DNA from: a virus
IMG/VR virus record: IMGVR_UViG_3300035070_002905
Span: 108,111-172,110 of that record
Direction: 5' to 3' (one strand)
Length of the DNA: 64,000 nt
In this document: positions 55,429 through 63,518 of the stretch, piece after piece
How positions within the stretch are numbered: position 1 is the first letter of the stretch
How the letters are laid out: each line of letters begins with the position of its first letter
Notes under the pieces: model-generated
The model's input: only the letters and a program-made list of their open reading frames with translations
What the model was told of the DNA's origin: nothing
Database searches by the model: none
Made by a program: the position numbers and the translations under genes

Positions 55429-55464
55429 TATTTTAAGCGGGCACTGGGAAAATCGAGTAAAATA
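55429..55464. promoter_or_regulatory. Divergent TAAAATA motifs (55429-55435 minus; 55458-55464 plus)
   Basis: One faces the sigma gene, the other the 60-aa ORF. Confidence 0.5.
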
Positions 55465-55493
55465 TAATTATACAGACAGGATAAGGAGATAAC

Positions 55494-55676
55494 ATGATCA
55501 AGGTTGAACTACTAGAGTTAGACAAGACTTTTCGCATTCAGTTCACTTCGAACGACATTAAATCGGACCAAGATACTATGGATCAGATCGGTGCACTACT
55601 ACTAGGCAGTCAACCGAAACGTGGTAGCTGGGCTCCTGGTGATTTACAACATATTGATATTCTTAAGGAAGAGTGA
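55494..55676 (+). CDS. Hypothetical protein
   Basis: TAAGGAG RBS. Confidence 0.65.
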   Translation: MIKVELLELDKTFRIQFTSNDIKSDQDTMDQIGALLLGSQPKRGSWAPGDLQHIDILKEE

Positions 55677-55798
55677 TGGAAAAGAGTTCAGAGATTCACT
55701 TGACAGAGGGTGAGAAAGCACAAGTACGCGCCGGTAGTTTACCGGAGAGGTTCGACGGGTGGTATACACTCGAAGAGTTGCAAGAGATGATTCAATAA
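55676..55798 (+). CDS. Hypothetical 40-aa peptide (not in ORF track)
   Basis: TGATG coupling; AAGGA upstream. Confidence 0.5.
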   Translation: MEKSSEIHLTEGEKAQVRAGSLPERFDGWYTLEELQEMIQ

Positions 55799-55810
55799 AA
55801 CAGACAAACC

Positions 55811-55847
55811 TGTTATAATTAAAGTGTAGGGAATGGATTACTCTACA
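55811..55847 (+). promoter_or_regulatory. Putative early promoter + hairpin
   Basis: TGTTATAATTAAAG-TGTAGGG-AATGGATTA-CTCTACA. Confidence 0.7.
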
Positions 55848-55874
55848 TCGGACATAATACTAAAGGAGCAACAC

Positions 55875-56522
55875 ATGCTAGACTACACTATCGACGCGCA
55901 AGGTAATGTTAAATTTGACAAAGGTCTATTCGTAACATCGGAATTCGGTGCATTCGAATGGGCTCACCTGATTGAACCTGATACTAAGTTCAACGATATG
56001 GGTGACTTCAAAGTTAACGTAGCCGTGAAAGCCGATGCTGCAGAAGCTCTCGTTAAACAAGTTACTGACCTGAAGGAATGGGCAGTAGGCGTTTATAAAG
56101 AAGCTGCTGAGCAAAGCAAGAAGCCTGGCAAGAAAGCTAAAGTCGTTAAGGTGAGCGACATCGACCCGTTCGAGGAACTAGAGAGCGGTGACATTCAGTT
56201 CAAGCCTAAGCGTAAAGCTGGCTATGTGAAGGATAATGGTGAGATCGAGAAGTTTGAAGTTAATCTCTTCGACGCTCGTGGTAAAGCAATTGAAGGTGAT
56301 CCGAATATCGGTAACGGTACGATCGGTCGCTTCCGTGCAACTCTGCTGCCATACAATATGGCGACTTCGGGTGTAGGCATTCAGATGCGTCTATTCGATG
56401 TGCAGATTAAAGAACTTGTCAAGTACGATGGTGGTGGCACAGGCTACGACGATGTATCTGGTGATGAAGGTCAACCTGGTGTAGGCGGTTACGACGACGC
56501 TGGTGCAGGTTACCAAGTATAA
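55875..56522 (+). CDS. ssb: Single-stranded DNA-binding protein, T7 gp2.5-like
   Basis: G.FEWAHL.EPDTKF...G.FKV, LFDA.GK, IGNGT, GV...L..VQI.EL..Y; acidic aromatic C-terminal tail; AAGGAG RBS. Confidence 0.85.
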   Translation: MLDYTIDAQGNVKFDKGLFVTSEFGAFEWAHLIEPDTKFNDMGDFKVNVAVKADAAEALVKQVTDLKEWAVGVYKEAAEQSKKPGKKAKVVKVSDIDPFEELESGDIQFKPKRKAGYVKDNGEIEKFEVNLFDARGKAIEGDPNIGNGTIGRFRATLLPYNMATSGVGIQMRLFDVQIKELVKYDGGGTGYDDVSGDEGQPGVGGYDDAGAGYQV

Positions 56523-56541
56523 TCCCTTAGGGGAATCTAAC

Positions 56542-56569
56542 AGGCAGCCTTCGGGCTGCCTATTTTTTT
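56542..56569 (+). terminator. Intrinsic terminator
   Basis: AGGCAGCC-TTCG-GGCTGCCT-ATTTTTTT. Confidence 0.9.
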
Positions 56570-56584
56570 AGCTGGGAGAAAGAC

Positions 56585-57001
56585 ATGAAAGTAAAAAGCA
56601 CAAGTTGGCACTACCGTTTTAACGTTTGGATGAAAGGCTCTTGGGATACTAAGCACAAGAAAGACCTATGTTCGTACTTCTGGTTTACTGTACGTAACGT
56701 ACTAGCGGCCTTGATCATGGCAACACTAGGCGTAGCCATGGCGGTAATGGGTCCATACGCGCTAGGTGCAATCCCTATGGAGATCATGGGCTTCACTCCT
56801 GAAGGCTGGGCAGCTCTAGGTGCATGGGGTATCGGTGCGGTATTCGTCTTCATCATCGGTGGTGCTACTGTCGGCTGTGCCATCCTACATGATATGTGGG
56901 TATCTCGTGATCGTCCGCAGAAAGCGCCGGGTCTAGTTAAGTCTTACTACCAGGCTAACGTGAAAGAAAAAGTATGTCCGTTCATTGAGTTCGAGGATTA
57001 A
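56585..57001 (+). CDS. Hypothetical membrane protein
   Basis: SWHYR...LC.YFW, two TM segments, C-terminal KEKVCP.IEF. Confidence 0.7.
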   Translation: MKVKSTSWHYRFNVWMKGSWDTKHKKDLCSYFWFTVRNVLAALIMATLGVAMAVMGPYALGAIPMEIMGFTPEGWAALGAWGIGAVFVFIIGGATVGCAILHDMWVSRDRPQKAPGLVKSYYQANVKEKVCPFIEFED

Positions 57002-57003
57002 TT

Positions 57004-57177
57004 ATGGGTACAGACGAGATTCTACGCCAAGCGATGCTGGATGATGTGAACCCGCTGGCTATTCTACTGATACTGGAAGTACTAAGAACACTGGATAGCT
57101 CAACGGATCTCGCTCTTCTCACCCGTGGTATTCCTTCAGAGTATCTGGAGCAGGCACTTGAACATAACTATTACTGA
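57004..57177 (+). CDS. Hypothetical 57-aa protein (not in ORF track)
   Basis: GAGGA RBS; fills the intergenic gap. Confidence 0.55.
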   Translation: MGTDEILRQAMLDDVNPLAILLILEVLRTLDSSTDLALLTRGIPSEYLEQALEHNYY

Positions 57178-57415
57178 TTCCCATTGGGATCCGGAAGACC
57201 TACTTACTCTCTACGAAGATGAGCCGGTAGAATTCTTTCCAAATCAAGACCTTAGTCAACTGATGGTTGCTATAGGTGCGTATCCTTCTACTAGTAAGGC
57301 AAGGAATGCCGGACGAGTAGGAGATATTCCTCCAGGGTGGACGGAGTATAAAGCTAACAAAATCATAGGGATAGTATACATATGGAATCCAACGGAGCCA
57401 AGGACTGGCATGTAA
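57158..57415 (+). CDS. Small protein with S4-like motif
   Basis: GGAG + TTG start; LSQLMVAIGAYPSTSKAR resembles S4-type L..LL...G...S.S.AR. Confidence 0.45.
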   Translation: MNITITDSHWDPEDLLTLYEDEPVEFFPNQDLSQLMVAIGAYPSTSKARNAGRVGDIPPGWTEYKANKIIGIVYIWNPTEPRTGM

Positions 57416-58224
57416 CACCATGGTCGACTAGTAAGTTAAAGATGCTGGACAAATGTCCACTGCAATGGTACTTACAGTATCACCTTAAGTTAGATCACGA
57501 GGATAAGAACGATACGGTTGCACGAGATCAGGGTACTACTCTTCACGCTATATTCGAATGGATGATGGAAGGTTATACCATCCAGGAAGCCTATGATAAA
57601 GCGGAAGATTTCTACCTTGATATCGTGAAGCCGGAGAACTGGGATCTTGTCCGAGATAACTTAAAGAACGTCCATAAGTTCAACCGTATGATGCACGACC
57701 GTGAAGAGGCAACGCCTATGCGTTACGTCGTCCCGGAGATGAAGCTGGCTATTAACCGTGACTACGAGCCGGTAGACTTCTTCGCCGATGATGCTTACTT
57801 CCGAGGGGTAGTGGATTATACTCAACGAACCGTGGACAATAAGTCTGTAGTGATTGACTATAAGAAGGGCGGTGCAGGTTTCCTAACGAGATACCACACT
57901 CCACAGCTTAATGGTTACTTGGTACTAGACTACTTTGCGAATGAACCATTTGACTTCGGTAGTAGTTACATCTACTATGTCGAAGCAGGTGAGTTAAGCC
58001 GAGGCCCGCAGATCGGCGGCGATATGATTGAGTCTCATACTCGTCCATGGTTAGACAACTCGATTCAGACTACGATTGACACCGTATTCGATGACGGTCT
58101 GTTTAAACATAAGCGTGGCAACCACTGTAAATACTGCAAATACGCAGATCTCTGTAAAGGTGGCAAGCGCGGCACTGCCGGTGAACTTGTCAAATATGCT
58201 GAAGAATCAAAGGAACTACTATAA
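57382..58224 (+). CDS. PD-(D/E)XK Cas4/RecB-like exonuclease
   Basis: WS.S.L.....CP, GT.LH, E.KL, RGVVD, VIDYK, QL..Y, C..C.Y...C (4-Cys cluster). Confidence 0.88.
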   Translation: MESNGAKDWHVTPWSTSKLKMLDKCPLQWYLQYHLKLDHEDKNDTVARDQGTTLHAIFEWMMEGYTIQEAYDKAEDFYLDIVKPENWDLVRDNLKNVHKFNRMMHDREEATPMRYVVPEMKLAINRDYEPVDFFADDAYFRGVVDYTQRTVDNKSVVIDYKKGGAGFLTRYHTPQLNGYLVLDYFANEPFDFGSSYIYYVEAGELSRGPQIGGDMIESHTRPWLDNSIQTTIDTVFDDGLFKHKRGNHCKYCKYADLCKGGKRGTAGELVKYAEESKELL

Positions 58225-58952
58225 TGCGCAATGAATACAGCTTCTACCTAAACGCTAACGGCCTACTAGAACTTAAGAACCCAGTGTTCGACGATGTATC
58301 TGGTTTCCTTGCGGTAAGCACCTCTGGTCTGAAATCGCTATTCACAAAACGTCAACGTGAATACAATGGCCTTGATCGTGAACTAGACGATGGCAGCACC
58401 TACGTGTTCACACGTGGTAACGAAGTGTACCTATCTAACCCTAGCCTAGGCGACTACATCCCAGAAGGCTGTGAGTTCGTCAGTAAGTCTGTAGACCAGC
58501 TACTACAGCGTTACTCTGGTCGTAAGGTAGTACAGAAGGCTACTCTGGTATCACTGAATCCAGATAACATCTTCGTGAACGAGAAGTTCCAACACGCTAC
58601 ATCACGTAGTTCTCTATACCGCGGCAGCATCCTCAAGTCTTGCCCGGGCTGGGATATAGCTCACCGCAATGAAGATGAGCACTACGTATCGATCGACTTC
58701 GAAGACGGCATCAAGACCGTTCAAGAGAATACCGTAATCATGGCCAGCCAGACTATCCCAGCGGTAGTTATTAAAGGTGCTACTAAGTTCACCGTAGAAG
58801 CGGAAGGTGCCGTAGCGGTAGCCGTAGGCGAAACTCTACTACAGCTAGAAGACGGTAAGTACATCTGGGAAGGCGAAGAGCTTCCAGGTGAAGTAACTCT
58901 AACTATTGCTGTAGGTAACACTCCAGTACGCGAGGTAAAAATGTATGTATGA
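58224..58952 (+). CDS. Hypothetical protein in replication cluster
   Basis: TAATG coupling; AAGGA RBS. Confidence 0.65.
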   Translation: MRNEYSFYLNANGLLELKNPVFDDVSGFLAVSTSGLKSLFTKRQREYNGLDRELDDGSTYVFTRGNEVYLSNPSLGDYIPEGCEFVSKSVDQLLQRYSGRKVVQKATLVSLNPDNIFVNEKFQHATSRSSLYRGSILKSCPGWDIAHRNEDEHYVSIDFEDGIKTVQENTVIMASQTIPAVVIKGATKFTVEAEGAVAVAVGETLLQLEDGKYIWEGEELPGEVTLTIAVGNTPVREVKMYV

Positions 58953-59397
58953 GATTGGAACTGATGGATCATGCGTTCCGAACCCTGGTGCCGGTGGCTG
59001 GGGTGTATCAATCTTCAAGGACGGAGTAGAAGTAGGAGGCCTTAAAGGAGGTCTCCCTGAGACAACCAATAACCGTATGGAGCTTACTGCTTTTATACGT
59101 GCTCTACAGATCATCGAAGAGAACGATATCGAACCCGAGGTAGTCTGGCTTGACAGTCAGTACGTCCTTAACGGTTGCCAGAGTCATCTCCGCTCGTGGA
59201 TCATCAACAACTGGAAGACCTCTGCAAAGAAACCCGTTAAGAATCAAGACCTTTGGGAGGTAGTCGCCCAGCATCGTCATGTATGGCGTGACTTAAATAT
59301 GCAATGGACTAAGGGTCATGAGACTCATGAAGTCAACATTGCAGCCGATCGTCTGGCTACCGAAGGACGTGAGGATGCAATACTAGGAGATTGGTAA
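58945..59397 (+). CDS. rnhA: Ribonuclease HI
   Basis: TDGSC..NPG.GGWG, TTNNRMEL.A, DSQYV, VKNQDLW, WTKGH, N..ADRLA. Confidence 0.95.
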   Translation: MYEIGTDGSCVPNPGAGGWGVSIFKDGVEVGGLKGGLPETTNNRMELTAFIRALQIIEENDIEPEVVWLDSQYVLNGCQSHLRSWIINNWKTSAKKPVKNQDLWEVVAQHRHVWRDLNMQWTKGHETHEVNIAADRLATEGREDAILGDW

Positions 59398-62204
59398 TGT
59401 CGATATATCAACTGGTCAAGGAAAAGACCGTCTTTCTCGATGTGCTTGAGCACTACATCGGGCCACTTGAGAAGTGTGGTGATTACACCTATACCACCGA
59501 GGAAGACGAGTGTCCACTTCACGGTGGGCATGGATGCTTCCGTATTAAGGATGACGGTGAGGAGCAGTTCGTTAACTGCTTCGGTAACTGTGAGTTCGAT
59601 GAGTGGCCTTGTGATATCATCGAGTTTGTTCGTCGCTACAAAGAACTGGAGACTCCCCGTGAAGCCGTAGAGTTAATCGCTAAGGACTTCAATGTAGATC
59701 TACCAAAACCTAATCCCGTACAGCTTATAATGAACTTCGCAGCAGGGTACTATCATCGTATCTATGAGATGGACATTAGTAAGCACGTTCGATTGGGTAA
59801 ACGTTCACCTGCAGAATTCCAGGTTGAAGTACGTGATCATCATCCCGATTCACTTAAAGCGATGCGAGTGGGTTGGTCTGATGGTCGACTATGGGAAGCC
59901 CTTGATTCTGAAGGGTTTACTAAGGAAGAGGTCCTGGCGTCGGGTCTGGTCTCAGAGGATAAGCGTAACGGCAATCTACGTGACTTCCTACCGGACGGCT
60001 CGTTCATCTACCCGCACTACTGGGAGGGACGAGTAAGTCGATTCACCTTTAAGCATATGCCTGAAGGTAATCGCAAGCGTCTGGAATTCCAGATGAAGAA
60101 GATGAACTGGATCAACGGAGTCGAATGGCTTATCGTAGGTTCAGGTGCACCGTATGCGATTGTTGAGGGTGAGAATGATCTAGCCAGTATCCTAGATACA
60201 GACTGGCCGGGCACTGTACTATGCTGTAACGGTAGTATCAGTCGCGGTCAGATCGAATGGCTGGTAGATAACATCCCTAACGAAGAGATCCATACGTTCT
60301 TCGATGCCGATCCTGCCGGTGAGAAGTATACAGACAAGCTCTGGAAGCCTTTCATTACCGGTAAGCTGACGAACCTTCACCAGTGGGCTCTGCCGGAAGG
60401 CGATGTAGATGCCTGGCTGTGTGGCGGTAAGACGCTGGAAGATCTACGTGAGCTACAGCCGCCTGAGCGTGAGGCGGTGATCGATGTAGTAGAGCGTGCC
60501 CAGGCAGATATCGTCGAAGAGACTGGTGTGTACAAGATCATTAAGATCAGTAAGGACGGGGAGACTGAGACCCGCGTACCGATCTCTGACTTTACCATCA
60601 AGCTTCTATACGTTAAGGTCCTGGACGATGAACGCTGTCGTGTCATCAAGATCCGTCGTCGTGACGGCCGCTGGTCTAAGCCGGTAGTCGTTAACTCAGA
60701 GGCAAAGGTTAGCCTGCGCCACTGGAAGATCCTGGTAGCTAATGCTGTAGATGCATCCTTTATCGGTAACGAGGGAGATCTAGCTGCCATGTGGGACTAC
60801 GTCTATGCCAATCAACGTGAGGCAGAGGTAGAGGTTCCAGGATACGTAGGCGATATCGGTAACGGCTGGCTGTTCGGTGATACCTACGTCTCGCACGATG
60901 GTGACATTGAAGGTGATGAAGATAACATCATGTGGCTTAACGAGAAGAAGACCAAGGGCATCTCGCCTAAGAGTCTGACTAGCTCGCTGGGTTCTACTAA
61001 CGCGGCTGCGGATATCCCTAAGGTATTCAAAGGTCGTGAGATGGCTAGCTTCCAATCTTCTGTATGTCACTCGCTGGCGGATATCTTTAAGAGTCCAGGT
61101 CACGCCCTTATGATCATGGGTTGGCTACGCAGCTGTGCGTATTCAATGCCGATGTTCTACGAGGCTGGCGTCAAGCACTTTCCGTTTCTACTCCTCTGGG
61201 GTCGTCATGGTAAAGGTAAGTCGACCGTCGTGAACTGGGGTCTGTCGATGTACGACATGGCTGATAAAGGTACAACTACTGTAGGGCAGCTACGCTCCGG
61301 CGTAGGTATCGAGCGTAAGCTTGCATACTACCGCGGCCTTCCGTATTGTATCGATGAGCTGCGTGCCGATCGACAGGCGATGGAGTATTCTCGTACATGG
61401 CGTGGTTGGTATAACCGCATCAGTCGTGTTAAAGGTACCCGTAAATCTGAAGAGATCATCCAGGTTCCACTTAATGCATGCCTATTCTTCTCCGGTCAGG
61501 ATACCTTTACGGATCCGGCCATGCGTTCACGTTGTATCGGTATTAAGTTCCCGAAGAATGCAGGTGATGATGCGGCTTATACATGGATGGAAGATAACAC
61601 CGAGTATCTACCTACCCTAGGCTATGAGTGGATCCGAGAGGCGATGGAGTCCGACATCGAAGAGATCAAGGATAACATCGACGAGCTTAAGGGTACGCTG
61701 CGCTCACAGACTCCTCCCGGTATCTCATCCCGTCACATTGCTAATACAGCCATGAGCGGATACTTCGCTATGGAAATGGCCGAGGCTTACTTCCCTGAAT
61801 ACGACTTTGTCGAGTTCATGTTGGATATGCTAGCCGAGGAACATGTAGAAGCTAATGAGGCTGACATGACGAATACCTTCTGGGAGAGTATCGCAGGTCT
61901 ACAGGTCGGTGATCGTCCGCCGCTTAACGGTAACCACCTCCAGGTTAAAGATGGTAATCTACACATCTGGTATCCCGAGGTATTCCGTGTCGTACTGGGC
62001 TCTGCCCGTGGCGATATGCGAGAGGGCTTCTCTAAAGGCGCCGTCCAGGATGCTCTAAAGGAAGAACCGTACTACGTCGGTATGCGCCAGCTCCGCCTGG
62101 GTGCTACCAACACACCACGTCGTTGCCTGACTTTCCGAGTCGATGGTGATGATGTACCTGATGCAATTAAAGAAGTCGCCGAGACTTCAAGGAATGTATA
62201 CTAA
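59397..62204 (+). CDS. Primase-helicase fusion (Zn finger + TOPRIM + C-terminal P-loop ATPase)
   Basis: CPLH...CFGNC; IVEGEND, FFDADPAG; WGRHGKGKST, CIDE, FSGQ, SRCI; AGGAG RBS before ATG 59397. Confidence 0.88.
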   Translation: MSIYQLVKEKTVFLDVLEHYIGPLEKCGDYTYTTEEDECPLHGGHGCFRIKDDGEEQFVNCFGNCEFDEWPCDIIEFVRRYKELETPREAVELIAKDFNVDLPKPNPVQLIMNFAAGYYHRIYEMDISKHVRLGKRSPAEFQVEVRDHHPDSLKAMRVGWSDGRLWEALDSEGFTKEEVLASGLVSEDKRNGNLRDFLPDGSFIYPHYWEGRVSRFTFKHMPEGNRKRLEFQMKKMNWINGVEWLIVGSGAPYAIVEGENDLASILDTDWPGTVLCCNGSISRGQIEWLVDNIPNEEIHTFFDADPAGEKYTDKLWKPFITGKLTNLHQWALPEGDVDAWLCGGKTLEDLRELQPPEREAVIDVVERAQADIVEETGVYKIIKISKDGETETRVPISDFTIKLLYVKVLDDERCRVIKIRRRDGRWSKPVVVNSEAKVSLRHWKILVANAVDASFIGNEGDLAAMWDYVYANQREAEVEVPGYVGDIGNGWLFGDTYVSHDGDIEGDEDNIMWLNEKKTKGISPKSLTSSLGSTNAAADIPKVFKGREMASFQSSVCHSLADIFKSPGHALMIMGWLRSCAYSMPMFYEAGVKHFPFLLLWGRHGKGKSTVVNWGLSMYDMADKGTTTVGQLRSGVGIERKLAYYRGLPYCIDELRADRQAMEYSRTWRGWYNRISRVKGTRKSEEIIQVPLNACLFFSGQDTFTDPAMRSRCIGIKFPKNAGDDAAYTWMEDNTEYLPTLGYEWIREAMESDIEEIKDNIDELKGTLRSQTPPGISSRHIANTAMSGYFAMEMAEAYFPEYDFVEFMLDMLAEEHVEANEADMTNTFWESIAGLQVGDRPPLNGNHLQVKDGNLHIWYPEVFRVVLGSARGDMREGFSKGAVQDALKEEPYYVGMRQLRLGATNTPRRCLTFRVDGDDVPDAIKEVAETSRNVY

Positions 62205-62797
62205 TGGCAATCTCTGATAAAGAGGTTATGGTGGACATTGAGGCCCTCGGGGCCTCTGATGCTTTCAACATAACGCAAACCGATTGTGTGATCATCTCGA
62301 TCGGCGCAAAGATCTTCAAGCAGAATGGTGATGTAGAGAAGGACGATCTCCCTGAGATGCAAGTCTTCCTCGAGCTCGACCAGCCTGATCGTAAGTCCTA
62401 TCCAGACACCGTCGAATGGTGGAAGGAGCAGGACCAGGAGGCGATCGACTCGGCCTTCCGTAAAGAGGGTCGTGTGGATATCGCTAAGGGTCTATGGGCC
62501 CTGCACGATTTCCTAGTCGATCATAAGCCTCGCAAGTTCTGGGCTAACCCGCCGTCGTACGATGAGGAAATCCTCAAGCACGCCTTCCGTCAATACGAGA
62601 TCCCCTGGCCGGTCAACCATTGGAATGTCCATAACAGTCGATCGGTCGAGGCGTTTTTCTACGGGAGAAACACTCGAAAGGTAGGTGAAGTTAACTGGAT
62701 TGACGATGGTTCACCCAAGCATGAAGCTCTGTTTGACTGCAAACTACAGATCAAAATGCTTCAAAACTGTCGTCGAGACCTCCGAGCTACTCGCTAA
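62204..62797 (+). CDS. DEDDh 3'-5' exonuclease
   Basis: VMVDIEALG, IISIGA, WAN.PSYD..IL, HEALFDC..Q. Confidence 0.85.
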   Translation: MAISDKEVMVDIEALGASDAFNITQTDCVIISIGAKIFKQNGDVEKDDLPEMQVFLELDQPDRKSYPDTVEWWKEQDQEAIDSAFRKEGRVDIAKGLWALHDFLVDHKPRKFWANPPSYDEEILKHAFRQYEIPWPVNHWNVHNSRSVEAFFYGRNTRKVGEVNWIDDGSPKHEALFDCKLQIKMLQNCRRDLRATR

Positions 62798-62798
62798 A

Positions 62799-63121
62799 TG
62801 CTACAAAAATACAAAATGATACAAGGTTTGCTACACGATAAACCCAGGCCCCATAAGGGTTTGTGCCATTTTGTAGCATTGTAGCAAAATATTCCGGTTA
62901 TATACACATACTACTGGAGAGAGTAACATTATTATACACAACTATACACTAAACGAGATTTTATTTATTTATATATAAGACCATCTATAAATATCTATTT
63001 CTCCTATAGTGTATATCTAAATCCCCCGCTACATGCTACAATGCTACAAATCGTCCTGAAGCCAATACTGGCGGGGCTTTACCGTGTAGCAAAGCATGTA
63101 GCAACCTGTATCAATGTAGCA
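62799..63121. repeat. Putative replication origin: TGCTACA/TGTAGCA heptamer arrays flanking an AT-rich core
   Basis: About 12 heptamers in two internally inverted clusters around an AT-rich stretch; non-coding; just downstream of primase-helicase. Confidence 0.7.
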
Positions 63122-63133
63122 AAAGGAAATACC

Positions 63134-63274
63134 ATGGAAGAGATGCACCTAGACAAAAACACCGCTCGTAAAACTCGTCGTGAGAAATCAGAGAAGGCTC
63201 GTGCTAAACGTTCGCTCCGTAAGGATGTGAATAAGCGTGAGCATGACAAGGGATATCATGGCCACTACGAGTAA
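63134..63274 (+). CDS. Small basic hypothetical protein
   Basis: AAAGGA RBS before MEEMH. Confidence 0.55.
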   Translation: MEEMHLDKNTARKTRREKSEKARAKRSLRKDVNKREHDKGYHGHYE

Positions 63275-63509
63275 GCTAGAAGCGTTTCGTAAAGCTAAGC
63301 GCGCGGACATGACTGAACCCTGGAAGGCGTTACATAGATTACTAGAACCGATCGAATGGAGTTGGTCGTCTAGTGTGAGCGCCCGACAGAACTTAGTCTA
63401 TAAGCGCAGATCAGAGGTAGCCTTAGTGCTACCTTTTTTAGTGGGTACTATGAGGGAGCTAGCCAGCGAGTGGATGCGGGAGGAGCGCCACTCTGGTCTA
63501 TGGGATTAA
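63258..63509 (+). CDS. Hypothetical protein
   Basis: AGGGA upstream of MATTS; operon packing. Confidence 0.5.
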   Translation: MATTSKLEAFRKAKRADMTEPWKALHRLLEPIEWSWSSSVSARQNLVYKRRSEVALVLPFLVGTMRELASEWMREERHSGLWD

Positions 63510-63518
63510 GGAGGATCC

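Noticed and set aside
63041-63133. ORF start inside the repeat cluster
   Set aside because: No RBS and runs through the heptamer repeats; an RBS supports ATG 63134.
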